The notes under the pieces are model-generated. The model saw nothing but the letters and a program-made list of their open reading frames with translations, searched no databases and was not told where the DNA came from. A stretch of DNA of 54,969 bases, filler included, from Sphacelaria rigidula (Eukaryota): assembly GCA_964200075.2 (NCBI GenBank). It is 6 parts of 6 records of this genome, joined end to end, with 100 filler letters (N's around TTAATTAATTAA, not from the genome) between each part and the next. Parts side by side here need not be neighbours in the genome. Positions count along the whole stretch, not along the records: positions 1 to 9,079 come from CAXNAA020009353.1; positions 9,180 to 18,257 come from CAXNAA020009354.1; 4 more parts are not named here. One strand, 5' to 3'. How positions within the stretch are numbered: the stretch's first letter is position 1; each line of letters begins with the position of its first letter. Position numbers and translations under genes: made by a program. Below, piece after piece: positions 1-11,995 of the stretch.

Positions 1-57
1 AAAAGAAGAAAGAAGGAAAGGGAGAGAATAGTGGAGAAGAAAGGAGAAAAAAGAAAG

Positions 58-95
<38 letters not shown>

Positions 96-1456
96 GGATC
101 ACGAACAATGAATGCGACAGTCAGAAAGCTCTCGTGACAAAATATTTTCCACACATCGACACTCCAAAGAGACAAGAGCACGACAAGAGCCCATCACGGC
201 GGAAATTCCACGCATGCCAGTTGGATGAAACACGTCCAGAAGTCAGCACCGCATCAGACCGTGGCCGTCCCGGGGGTGGCGAGATGGCTGATGTGTTTGG
301 TACAGTGAACTTCGGGCCAGGATTCTACATTGCACTAAACTAGCACATTTGGGCGATTTCGGTCCGCTGACTTTCAAGCTGGAAAGGGCCATGTTTGCTG
401 TTCAATCCGGTATGATATCACCAACTGCCAGCTCGTGTTGCATGTACGTGTTATGTGTGAAAATATGCTGTCCCAACACGTGGATGACGCTCGCCCTCGA
501 GGGTGCGGCAGTCGGGAAACAACCATGTACGCTGAACCTGCCCTCAAAACTTCAGCAGGGTTAACAACGAGAATCGGATCTGTGGTAGGACTGACAGTCC
601 CATGTGCTCCTCGCGTGCGCAGAACGCGTTTTCATACAAATCGCTGCCATTTTTGAGACCCAACAACGCCACAACTTGCCCGGGGGACGCTATGCACCTC
701 TCTCGCCCGAGGGCTTTGGGTAGTATGCCTTGGGTTGGGGTTGGGTTAGGGGTAGCGATAGTTGTAAAATGTATCAAACATGAACGTATTGTAGCCCAAC
801 GCCGGTTAACCCACCTCCAGAATTTGGTGCCGAGAAGAGAGGACTGGACACGAAACGAACAAGCATTACAAGCAACTTTTCCTCTTGTCTTTTCTTACGT
901 TACTCTGTTGGTCCTCTTCGACCCCCTTTTCCTTCCCCCCTTCTCCCTTCCTCCAGCGAGTGTTTCAGTTTCGCAGTGTCTCGAGCACGTTCACCTCATG
1001 GATCATGACCACGACAAGTGCGACAACCAATCAATCAGTCGATCAGGTCCAGCCGCCACCGCACCCAGGTGGTTTAGTACATCATACGCCGAGTTGGGCG
1101 GAAAGCTGAGGGCCTGAAGCCTGGAGGACGCAGGTTTTCTTATTAACAGCAACTCATTTCCGTCGCCGGAGAAGTGAGGACGTGAGCAGCGGAGAAACTC
1201 TGGCACGAGTCGACGCAGTGCGCGAGTGCTGATCCAACCCCTGTACCAAAACATCCCGCATATACCAGGGAAAAGACGGGATAATCGCTCGAGACTCTGG
1301 ACCCGGCCGGGAATTAGAGCGGTTGGAAGTACGACGGACAGAAATGCATATATACATATATATATATATACATCCCGTTGCGAATATACTGCGGTCTCGT
1401 GCTTCCCCGAAATACCCGGCTCGAAAGTAAATGAAGAAAAACAATCCACATATCAC

Positions 1457-1735
1457 CTACGCAATCTCCAGTTCACGAGGGTACTACGCAAGCTCCCGAT
1501 TTGCCGCAGCTTCTCGCTACTCCTGCTCCCCGACGTCGCCGGTTTCCCTCCCACAACCTCTTCCGCGTTGGTCCGCGCCACGGCATCCACCGCAACGTCC
1601 GGTAGTTCAAATCGGACGTCGAATGTGGCCGCGACCGGGGGTGTCGATTCGTACGGGTACAAGGTAAGCTGTCGTCGTCGCCGCCGCCGCCCCGATCGTG
1701 GCGCCTGATGTGGTAGTGTCCCCGAAGCGTTGCTG
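1457..1735 (-). CDS. VPS13: VPS13-like exon (...YPYESTPPVAATFDVRFELPDVAVDAV...LVNWRLR)
   Basis: Tandem cagcag acceptor (start 1735 or 1732, both phase 2) and CGTAG|gtgata donor; beta-strand pattern FDVRFELPDVAV. Confidence 0.6.
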
Positions 1736-2028
1736 CTGGATGGTGAGGACAAAAGTGACAGTCGTACAGGAATTGTTGGGATAGCGATGAGGTTTGGTGG
1801 ACTTGGGAGTGAGGATGGCAACAGCAACGAAACTGACAATAATGTACTTTGCGGTGTGTTCAGGCGGAGTTAGGTAAAACAACATGAAAAAAAAAAACGT
1901 TGTTTTGTGGACATCATGATGGGTTTTGAATGGACATATAATACACGCAGGTACGTGTCGACGCTGCACAGTTCCATTTTACTCCACTCGCGCATGAGCA
2001 AGACGTCTACACAACCCGGAGAGCAAAC

Positions 2029-2096
2029 CTTTTTCGCGGAGGAGACGATGTGCCTGAGCGCTGCGGTGCCGCCCCGGCGAGGTTCTGAGAAACGAC
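2029..2096 (-). CDS. VPS13: VPS13-like short exon (VVSQNLAGAAPQRSGTSSPPRK)
   Basis: cgactag| acceptor and AAAG|gtttgc donor; joins the previous exon to give DYAVLWK-VVSQNL, the expected VPS13 helix ending in NL. Confidence 0.6.
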
Positions 2097-2936
2097 CTAG
2101 TCGAACACCAACCATCGACAGCGCGAGTGTAAAGGGAAGAGCGCAGACAAAACAGTTGTTTTGAATATAAATTTCTAGTGACATCCACATGAAAGGAGCA
2201 AGAGCAGAATGAACGCGCCAAGACTGTCCAGGACCCCCAAAATATCTCGGTCGCCGCAGGAGAGTCAGTATTTTCGCCCGGTAGAGTTCATTCCTGCGGG
2301 TTGGGTACCGTATCCGTAGGATCTACAGTACTTGTTCCATTGCCATATCAGCCCCTTTCGTATCGATGCTCGTTGGTTTTGACTGAAGCCAGAGTTGCCA
2401 AAGCCAGACCGACTTCCGGCCGCCACACCAGACCCAACGCCCCTCGGCCACGACATCTACTTGCTACATTTTTTGCCATGGGTCGCCCGTCAGTGTCAGG
2501 GGATACTTTCGAGCCTTCGTTGCTATTTTTTATGAAGTGTTCTACCCCCAAGGATCATATAGGGAGGCGAGGTCAAGAGGTCAATGGTCATCTGACTGAT
2601 TGATTGATTGGTTGTCGCACTTTAACTGACCCCCCAGGGGTCCAGCCGTGGTCTCATGACAGACGTACCCAACAAAAACGAAACTAAAACACGCTCTGAG
2701 AAAAAAAAAAGGAACAGGAAAAAAAACGGAAGAGGGATCGAACAGAACGACATAGAAGACTAAGTCGTGACAAAAAAAAAAGTAATAGAAAAGTCAACAC
2801 AAGCAAAGCATGACTACGGCACACACGATCACTAGTACACCCCCGAGGCCATATCCTGGTTCCAGAAACAAAAATCAAAAACTTGATATCAGCCTGAAAG
2901 GTTTCAACGGGATTTTCAACTCCAACATCCTCACAC

Positions 2937-3077
2937 CTTCCAGAGGACCGCGTAGTCCTCGCCATGAAGGGTAAGCTTCAAATCTGGGGCCGAGCCTGCG
3001 ACGATGTAGTTGCTGCGGTAGTCGTCCTGCGGTGACGCTTGCCGTCGCGGTGTACGGGGTGTCATCGACCATCTCGC
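2937..3077 (-). CDS. VPS13: VPS13-like exon (ARWSMTP...IVAGSAPDLKLTLHGEDYAVLWK)
   Basis: ccaacag| acceptor and AAG|gtgtga donor; 141 nt, phase 0/0; LKLTLxxEDYxxL motif. This reading frame is not in the supplied ORF track. Confidence 0.72.
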
Positions 3078-3636
3078 CTGTTGGTTTCGGCCCGAACAAG
3101 GTCACCAGGACATGAATACCATCACATACGATACCATACCATGGCGCTCCTGCGCACGGCGGTTCGACGGGCTGGCGGAGTGTCGACGAAGATACGTTAG
3201 CTTCGAACAGCAAACGCACACAGAGGACAGTTTCAAACGCAGTTTGGTCACGGCACCTGCATCTTGACACAGTGTACCGGGAGGCACCAACGACCAGTCG
3301 CTCAGCTTTTACGCAAGTTAGCAAACGGATAATCAATCTCGCCGCCTACGACAGCACTGCTCGACCAACTGACATAGGCCCGGTAGATGGACGCGTACTG
3401 CGGGTCAGATGAATCTGACTGTTTCCCACACATCACAGCGTCTCCTTTCGTTCAGCAGTGCCGCGCGAAGCGACATGTCGTGTACTTGAGCGCGATATAT
3501 CATGTGCTTGTGCTGAAACGTCTCAACGATCGCTCACGCTCTTTCTGCCCCCACCTGCCCCCCCTTGTTCACGGAAAAGACTTGTTTTGCGCATGCCCAA
3601 ACCAGTCTATTCGGCACGTCAACAAGCCACACTTGC

Positions 3637-3904
3637 CTCGATAGTAATAGCGCCAATATCCGCCCCATCCGTAGATAAATTTGAGCCTCCGGCGATTTCG
3701 GTTCCAGAAGCAAAATAGGTATCAAGACAACGCCCTAGTTTTTTGTCCGGGTCGGTTGCCTGATCTGCTCCCGAAGGTGCTTGGGCAGACCGTTCCGTGG
3801 GGCGCGACGAGCGCAGCTCAACACCATCAATCTTGACTGACCACACTTGGCATAACTCTCCTGATTCGCCGTTGTCGTCTGCCATCATGCTTCTTTGGTC
3901 GTAA
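3637..3904 (-). CDS. VPS13: VPS13-like exon (YDQRSMMADD...GAITIE), probably followed by a GC-AG intron
   Basis: ctacag| acceptor completes the phase-2 codon (AG+T); GAG|gcaagt donor keeps phase 0. Confidence 0.65.
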
Positions 3905-4065
3905 CTGTAGCGGAGTGTGGAAACAAAAACGGAATGGCGCAGATAAAAACAGCAACGCGGAGGGACGGCGTATTTGTTATGATTTTATAAAACCATTCAA
4001 CCACAACGACAACAACAACGACGACGACGACGACAAACGGCGAATCCCGTGGCCAATACACGCAC

Positions 4066-4235
4066 CTGTTCGCAGCGACCAAATGCTTCACTCGTAAGGC
4101 CACCCATCCCTCGCCATTGTGGCCAGCGGGAACGACAACTTCCGGGTCAAATGCCTCAACGCTCAGGCGCCTTTTGCTAAAGTGGGTGGCTGGGCAAGGC
4201 TCGGCGGCGGCGCTCGATCTTGTTCCGGTGACGTC
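4066..4235 (-). CDS. VPS13: VPS13-like exon (...AFDPEVVVPAGHNGEGWVALRVKHLVAAN)
   Basis: ttttgcag| acceptor and AACAG|gtgcgt donor; phase 0/2; P-x-V-V-V-P ... L-x-x-x-N motif typical of VPS13 repeats. Confidence 0.75.
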
Positions 4236-5264
4236 CTGCAAAAGCACGAAAATGAAAAAAGGTGTGACAGAGGTGTCTGGTTGAGCGAGTAGATCCTCAC
4301 GGTCTTTGTTTGTCGACAGTAACGTGTTCATTGTAGCTTGACAATTTTGTGGGAAACGAGAGCGTCCCTGTGATGGCCAGGCCAATCGAGCCTGGCCAAG
4401 ATGTTGACAGCTATTACCTTTGGGGTGTACTTTTCGAATAGTCTCGCCGGTCGCCCACCAAAGTTACGTGCAGGGGGGGGGGGGGGGGGGGGGGGGGCGT
4501 ACTCATTTGTTGCTCCTTGGTCGTTTGACCATTGACTACGCATCCCTTCCGAGACGGAGCATGTGGGGGGGGGGGACTTTGCCGGCTTCGATTCCAGGTG
4601 ATCCATACCAGGTAGGAAACACCTTGGACTGAAAACAAACAAATAACCTTACAAAGAAAGTGTCTGAACCATTTTCATTAACTAGACCTTGCGCCAAATC
4701 CCGTGGCTTTAGCTGACGAATAGCTCGAATTTGGTTCTTCGCCTTCCCATCATATACCCCAGTAACAGGAAGAAAAAAAAAACATGTGATACGATACGTT
4801 GTTGAATCTGGACTGAAATATTCAGACCCGCCTCTCTCGCACAAATATCGTGCGATCAATAACCTCGGAGTGGTGCTGGATCTAAACCACGCAAGGCATG
4901 GCATGAACGGCATCATACCACAGGCCAACGGAACGATAACACGGGTAAGCACAACACCTGACGCATTTGAATGACCTGTCGAAGGAAAAATACTCCCGAA
5001 ACCACCGTCTTGCGAGGACAGAGAGACTCCTAAACGTCAAGTATATTTACCCCTTTCAAACTCAAGCACCCCTTATGCCGCAGAACACTCACTGGAGTAT
5101 TATTTGTTACTTCCGCACATCAGTCCAATTTCTCGAACCCGTGGTCACAGAGATAGGCTCGTGTTTCCAATACCTTTCCTGCTATTCCTTACAAGACATA
5201 GAGCCCTCCATCATTTTTTTCGAGACTGCAACACTAACTATGTCATTGACGTTTTTGTGCTTAC

Positions 5265-5429
5265 CTCAAGCTGTTCGAGCGGGAGCAGCCACGGACGCCA
5301 CGGACCATCGCCCAGCACTCCATGCAAAAAGTAGTCAAAAGCCTCCAGCCAGGTCTGGTTAAGATACGCCACGGCACAAGACTGCAAAACAATCTGTACC
5401 CCAAGCGGAAATTCGGTATCGCGCGTATC
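5265..5429 (-). CDS. VPS13: VPS13-like exon (DTRDTEFPLGVQIVLQSCAVAYLNQTWLEAFDYFLHGVLG...)
   Basis: gagcag| acceptor and GAG|gtaagc donor; 165 nt, phase 0/0; the YLNQTWLEAFDYF helix resembles VPS13 repeats. Confidence 0.75.
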
Positions 5430-6220
5430 CTGCTCGCCGTTTTTTTTTCGGAAGGGGGGGGGGGGGGGGCATATGATCCGAACAAAATTATAAAGACACA
5501 GCATATTCTTGAAAGCAGTCGACGTTAAACACGATGGCCAAGCATCACTTTGATTCATGAAAACAGGGTGGGATTCAGAGCTACAGAAGCTCGAAAACAG
5601 CACCTGATTGAAGAAGATGGGGGTGCTACAGGAAACAAAACAAGACGATCACCCCCGCCAAGATGAAAACTCGGTCCCCTTTGTCCTTCTCGCTAATTTG
5701 ACGGAATTGGATCCAAGAAACCAAGCCGTTACGAAGAACGCTTTGAGTTAATTACCTCGAGATGAACGGTACTATGCGAAACGCGCTAACGACGAAACTC
5801 TGTGCGGACATGAAAGTAATTCTGTGCTTGTGCTTGTCAAGGCCATAATTGCTAAGCTGGCCACACTGAGCTATTACGTTCCCTCTTTTGTTTCTGTATG
5901 GCAGATCAGACGGCACCCCGCCGCCTCAGGGATTCGCCGCCTTAAATTCTACCCAAGATATCCTGGTGAGCATCGTATCAATTGCTGTACTCGAATGAGC
6001 TTTGCTGGAAACGCAGGTGATATTTTTTGCCAGCAGTACTCTTCGCGATCAGCACACTGGTGCAGTCGGAATTCCAAAAACGCCAGAGATGGTCACAGCA
6101 TCATCAGGCTTGACCGCCGGTGCAATCGTAAGAGACATATTCGTAGCAGTGAAATGAAAATTATGATTTCCGCACGTGGTTGTTCAAAAATGTGGTAACC
6201 ATTCTTCTCGACACACATAC

Positions 6221-6397
6221 CTTGACGAGACTCAATCGCACTTCCGGGATAGGCAAGTCGGGTTTCAGACTAGGGGAGACCAGCAACCGCCACTTGGACT
6301 CCCGCGTCGACAGGTCCATGAGGGATGCAGACCTCAGGGCGATGTTATAGCGAGCGATGGACTCCCCGTCTGGGAGGCGAGTCCTCGCAATCTCCAC
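6221..6397 (-). CDS. VPS13: VPS13-like exon (VEIARTRLPDG...EVRLSLVK)
   Basis: aaacag| acceptor and AAG|gtatgt donor; 177 nt, phase 0/0, in phase with the upstream exon. Confidence 0.75.
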
Positions 6398-6724
6398 CTG
6401 TTTCGTTTTTCGTTTCGCGCAAGACACGACGCGGATAGGAACGGAACAGGAAAAACTGGGCAATGACCGACAAACCCTCTTCGTGAATAAATAGCCGCTA
6501 GTCTCAATCGAATTCAGTCACCCGACATTTTTCTAACAGTCGGGTACGAAAAACAGTGAATTGCACACCGGGGCTCCGGCAACATTGGGCAACGGGTTGG
6601 CCATGGGCAATGAAGATGAGACGCGACAGCCGTAGGGACTGCAGCACGAGCGGCGAGTATCGCGGGAGCTGCAATACCCGCTTCTCACGCACAAAGAATC
6701 AAAAACATCGAGCTCGTTACCCAC

Positions 6725-8388
6725 CGTGGAGTCCGCCGCTTTCAGTAGCAGCAGCCGCCTGTCGTCAATCTCTTTGTTCAGCCACAGTGACACACGCCGA
6801 ATCTCCACAACGATCACGCTATCGCGCTTACTGTTAACCCTGGCACCCGCACGACCATCCGCCATCGCTGCCGCGCTGTGCCTTCGCTGCTCCGTAACAG
6901 GCAGTTCGGGGCTGGCGAGCAAAGCGGCAGCAGGCACCGATGCCAGAAAACCTCCATCGTGTTGGTCCGCTGCGCTTTCAGCGTTAGCAGTACTTGAGCC
7001 CGCACCCGGCACCTGGGCGGGCGTAGATGTAGCAACAAACGGTGACGTCGCTGTTGCACCCGCAACGGTACTCGCGCGGGCTCCCTCGCTTGTCACGTCC
7101 TCCCTGCCGCCGCCGCCGCCGCCGCTGTCGAGACGTTGTTCCCCCCGCATTCCATATAACCCGTGGGCGAAAATCGAGAGAGCAGCTATCGTTTCGGGGT
7201 TCCAGTTTGCCCATACTCCCGATAGTGATACGATAGTCTTAACGGGGCCGACTGTCCCTGGGTCCGGTATCACATGGGTGACTCTGACTGCTTCCGGCCC
7301 ATCCGGTCCCGTCGCCGCCGCTGCCGGCACCGGTTCGGTGCCCGCGACAGAACCGGCTTGCTTATCCGTATCCCCAACGGACTCCGGTTGTGGGACTGCC
7401 GATAAGCCGGACGGAGGAGGTTTGGACGACAGCATCCACGAGAACTCGTCTCCCGCCTGTTGGTACATGTCTTCCACGTGAAAAGACACCACCTTTAGAA
7501 CGAACTGCGGCGTCTGGTTCTGTGGTTGCCCGGGTGCACTCTGCAACAAGGTGTCTTTCTCTTCCTTCAGATCTTCCCCCCCTGAACACCTCTGATATTC
7601 AACACCTAGCCCATGGATCTCGACCAGCGCAAGGGCCCCCTCGGCAGCACCCCTATGCCCTCCTTCCTCGGTCTGTGTTTTCACGTCTATGTCATCCCGC
7701 CGGCTGCCGCCAACATCAGCAAGACCATCAGCTTCAGCTTTGGCGTCGCGGACCCCGTGCTCCTCGAGTCCACTCTGCTCCCCCTTCGCGGAGATGGAAC
7801 CGCCAGACCCAGAAGAATGCATCGACCCAACATCGTGCACCAAAAGCACCGAAATCGCTGGAGCGCAGATGCGCACTTCGACGGTCAACCCTACTGCCGC
7901 CGCCGTCTGTCGATCGAACTCGCTATAGCTCTCATCATCTTGCTCCGCATCGCGGCCAGCGCCACCGGCATGCGTTCCTTTCCCTTCCACACCCTCGTCG
8001 AAACGCTCCTGTGAAATAATACCGTAAGGGTTGCAAGAATCTGGGGTCGATGGCCGCCTGCGATGTCGCTGGCTGCCGCCGGCGCTATTGCGGCGGCGAG
8101 GAGTTGTACAACCACCTCTCACACCAGCGTTGCCGCTGACGACACTATCCAAGTCTGCCGAATCGAAGCCGAGATCGGTTTCACCTGGGATTTCGGTTAC
8201 TGGCTCCAGCTCGGTGGACAGAACCGTTGCGAGGCGTCTGTCGCGTGCGTCCGTGGCAGCGGAAGGTGAGATAGATGATGCAGTCGTTCCTGTTGCAGCG
8301 AGGAGATGTCGTCGCTGCGTTGGTGAAGTGGTGGAGGTGGAAGTTGAGGCTGTTGATGCCACCACGCCCGATGCTGATCGCTTCAGCT
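6725..8388 (-). CDS. VPS13: Large internal exon of a VPS13-like / bridge-like lipid transfer protein
   Basis: Core of the 622-aa ORF, bounded by acceptor cggcgcag| and donor ACG|gtgggt. Beta-groove-like segments ALALVEIHGLGVEY, FVLKVVSFHVEDMYQQAG, SLSGVWANWNPETIAAL and VEIRRVSLWLNKE are separated by low-complexity loops. Confidence 0.75.
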
Positions 8389-9079
8389 CTGCGCCGGGCA
8401 CAACGCAAAACAGCGCGGGTAGGTAAAAGAACGCGGAACAGAGAAACAGAGAGAGGGGGTACGGGTGCAGCGCTATGCAAAAGTACTGAGCTTTTTCTCA
8501 AGAGAGAAGAAGCCACAATCGCGGTCGTTGCCGCAAAAATCGATCGGAGCAGCATACCACACTCATATGTTTGAGAGGGTTTGCTGTTCTCCCCGTGAGG
8601 AGAAGCCGGCAGATGAGGATGTAGGATGTATTGTCCACTATGGGGGTTCCAGAGCTTCACAAGGACTACGATCCTCGACGAGACGAACGCAGCAAAAAAA
8701 CGCGCTGTTCGAGGCACGATAGTTAGTTAACACAGTTCCTGACGGAGCACACAGTTAAAACTACAGTAGTGAGCGGTCTAACTATTCATTTTGTGGCATT
8801 TTATCATTTTTCGTAATAAGCAATTTTTTGGGGGCTTTTTTCGCTTGCCAACGCTCATCACATTGGGGATCTGAATATATTTTTATCCGCTCCACATCCC
8901 AAGAAAAAAAAAACACGTGTACTCAAGGGCGCCCAAGAAAAAATTTCCTGGACCCACACTCACATTTTTGAATTTGGGGCTGATTGAGGGGGGCGGGGGG
9001 GGGGGGGGGGGGGGGGGGGGGGTTTTTTTTTTTTTTTGGGGTTTTGAAGGGGCCACAAAAAAATTAATATTTTTTTTAA

Positions 9080-9179
9080 NNNNNNNNNNNNNNNNNNNNN
9101 NNNNNNNNNNNNNNNNNNNNNNNTTAATTAATTAANNNNNNNNNNNNNNNNNNNNNNNNNNNNNNNNNNNNNNNNNNNN
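9080..9179. other. Artificial 100-nt spacer 1 (N44-TTAATTAATTAA-N44)
   Basis: Six-frame-stop linker embedded in Ns. Confidence 0.98.
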
Positions 9180-9619
9180 GTGAAGAGTCAACCTGTATAC
9201 AACTTGTCAGTCCCGCATCAGCCCGAAGGTGGAAAAAATGTGCGGGCGCTCATCCCCAACAAGTTTGCCAAGCAAGTTGTACATGACGGTCCCGACTCAT
9301 GATAATAAGAAATGCGTGACATGTACAATCGATGCATCCAATTTTTCAGCGCAGAGTTGGCTTATGTGCCCATTATTTACCCCGGAAGGCATGGAATGTA
9401 TGAAGCGAGAACCTTCGGGTTATACTGAGCCACGCACAAGCTAAGAAGCTGTATGAATTACACATGATGTACGACTAGTATGATCTATTCATTGAAATGA
9501 TGGCTCTGACTTGACTAAGAGTCATCATGTCACATCGCCAAAAATTCTGAAAGCATCGTGTGCGCAGTCGGTACCGTTACCGTTCACAGTACGGTAGGGT
9601 ATCACAGTAATGGTCTGTG

Positions 9620-9860
9620 TTATACTGCGCTGCTCTGCGTTGGGCTACTTGTTCTGTTGTGGTAAATGTAGTGAGCCCGTGAGTGTAGTGTAGTGTAGTG
9701 CAGCGACAGTGTTGTATTGTGGCAGCACACAGTACGCTGCCGTGCTGGTTTGTGCGGAACTGTGCCGTGATGTGCTGTAGTGTGTATTGTAGTCTAGTCT
9801 AGTGTAGCGTAGCGTAGCGTAGCCCAGCGTAGTGTATCCGTGTTGCTGTGCTGTGCTTTG
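9620..9860. repeat. Degenerate pentamer microsatellite (GTAGT/GTAGC/GCTGT)n
   Basis: Runs such as gtgtagtgtagtgtagtg and tagcgtagcgtagcgtagc. Confidence 0.8.
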
Positions 9861-11734
9861 TTGGGCCCGGACAAGGAAACCCCGAGTGGGTTCTGTCAAG
9901 GTCCGTTTTTACACAGCCATTGCCAACTGCGGTGAACCACCGTACACTCACTGCGCAACTTTGTTCACGATGTGCAATCTACAATATCCTCCATGTTTTC
10001 CCCCCGTACTATGGTACCGGCCACATTCCCTTCGCTGTCGGTTAGTCTGAAGCACATAAAAGTGAATAGTGCTTCGTGTACCGGCACGGCGGAGCAATTC
10101 GTACAGGTGCTTTAAGGACAATATTGCGTGTTGCCTTCCAGTGAGATCCCAACACAACAGCATACGACCACGCCGTCGATGGTTCTTGATTGGAAGAACG
10201 CATATTTCCATCATTACGCAGAGGTACCGCTCGTGCACGGTACTACACAGCCACGGCGAACTGCCGCGCCTCCTTGTACCTGCCGGGTCTAGTGTCATGT
10301 TGACCCGCCATGATACGCAAGCAGTCACGCTGTATAAACCATTGGTCCGCTGAGTCGAGGGTGAACTACACATATGCAGCGCATTACCCAATGGAAAAAA
10401 ATACGCGTGATACAGGCCCTATGAACATGAAATGGCCGAATTCAACTCTTTGCCGAGTGTTGGTCCCACATTCACTCGACGGTGGATAACATAAAACATA
10501 TCGTGCAGTGCAGGCATCTTGCGCGCATTACAGGTTTGAGAAAAGTGTGTGGTTCAGGCCCCATGACTGCAGATTAATTAACCTTGTTGACTTAAATAGG
10601 TCCCGCATTCATCCGAAGGTGGGAAACATATACCAGCGCTCACGTCGAACTTGTCGCACATGGCGCGCATGTACATGCCATTCACGCCTTGAGTCACGAA
10701 GAAGGGTTGACTGCGTGAATTACATCACGCCTTGAGTCATGAAGAAGGGTTGACTGCATGAATTACAACTGATGCACGAACCGCATGATTTATTCATTGA
10801 GATGATGACTTTGAGTTGACTCACGAGTTGATTTCTCCTAACCGTGCATTTTTGGTCAACCACGCGGCCTGTCGCCACGAGAAACTAACTGCGTCATGAC
10901 GCTGTACTCTATTTTCTCTACGCGGACAGCTAAGTTATGGTGTGTTGTTAATCTCTCAGGGTTTCTCGCCCTCTTGAATTATTTTCTGCCGCCGGGGTCA
11001 TCAGCGGCGATAAATCGTTGTTGAACACAACAAGAGGCACTCGAAAGCTCAGCGAAAAATTTGCAGCATGCCTGCCTTGTGTCAGTTTTTGTGTTCAGAT
11101 ACACCCACCACACCACGAGCGGTGGCCATCACCTATCGCACAGACGGTGGGAAGGAGTACCCTCGTAGCAGTACAACAGGTGCAAATAGGTCGCTACTGG
11201 ATTTTTTCTGCTCTGTACTCCGAGAGCAACTCATTTTCTCCTGCGTCTGTCGGCAAACGGTGACTGCACGTGACCCCAACTGTATAACCACCGCTGTCGA
11301 TACACACACCGTCTAAGAAGACTCCACCTAAGGGTAAAGGGAGGCTCTGCATACAGTAGCTACCTCTATCGTTCGTTGTGGTGCCGATACGTTGCGTGCG
11401 GTGGATGCACTAGAAATGCAAATCTCTGAACAGACAACAAGAGCGCTATCAAACCGCCCTACAGCTCACACGGCTGCGGTACCATTGTGCCGTATTTGCC
11501 TCCTCTGCGCGACCTGATTGACAATATTGCACATCAATGCATTTCAACGAAATTTTGAATTTCGAGGCATTATATAATGCCATGACACTACAAAATCAGG
11601 GTTCTATACTTCAATCGAGTTGTGCATTTCAATACAAAAGCTACCCCATGGGCGCGGAGCCAGGCGCGGCTCCATTCGTATGGGTAGTCACCCAATTTTT
11701 CTTCGAGCTGGGCCAGCCTAGAAGCGGATTTGGA

Positions 11735-11995
11735 GTTTGCAGGCGAATTTGCAATTTTCTACTCAGAATTGGTGATCAACGGAGCAATATAAAAAAAAAA
11801 TGTGCGAGGTCTCAAAGATTATTTTTCTTCCATGAGTTGAGGGCGTTTTACTAAAACCTGAAAACTGTTTGTTGCTCCCTTCTCATGAAAAAAAATATCT
11901 CTGGGACCCTGCGCAATGATTTTTTATGCCCTGTTGATTGTCTATATCAAATTTCAGGGTCCAACTCCAAGTAGAAAATTGCGAATTTGCCTGGA
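11735..11995. repeat. Long imperfect inverted repeat (foldback), centre near 11860
   Basis: gcaggcgaatttgcaattttctact pairs with agtagaaaattgcgaatttgcctg; aggtctcaaagattatttttcttccatgag pairs with ctcatgaaaaaaaaatatctctgggaccct. Confidence 0.7.

Noticed and set aside
1003-1250. Further VPS13-like exon downstream of 1457
   Set aside because: Candidate acceptors exist, but I could not reconcile phase and motif content with confidence.
61-9040. Long poly-G runs (61-94, ~4473-4497, ~8988-9022)
   Set aside because: Simple homopolymers of unreliable length in introns or flanks; no evidence of function.
9124-9135. TTAATTAATTAA as a biological palindrome or TSD
   Set aside because: Identical within N runs at a fixed period; artificial six-frame-stop linker.
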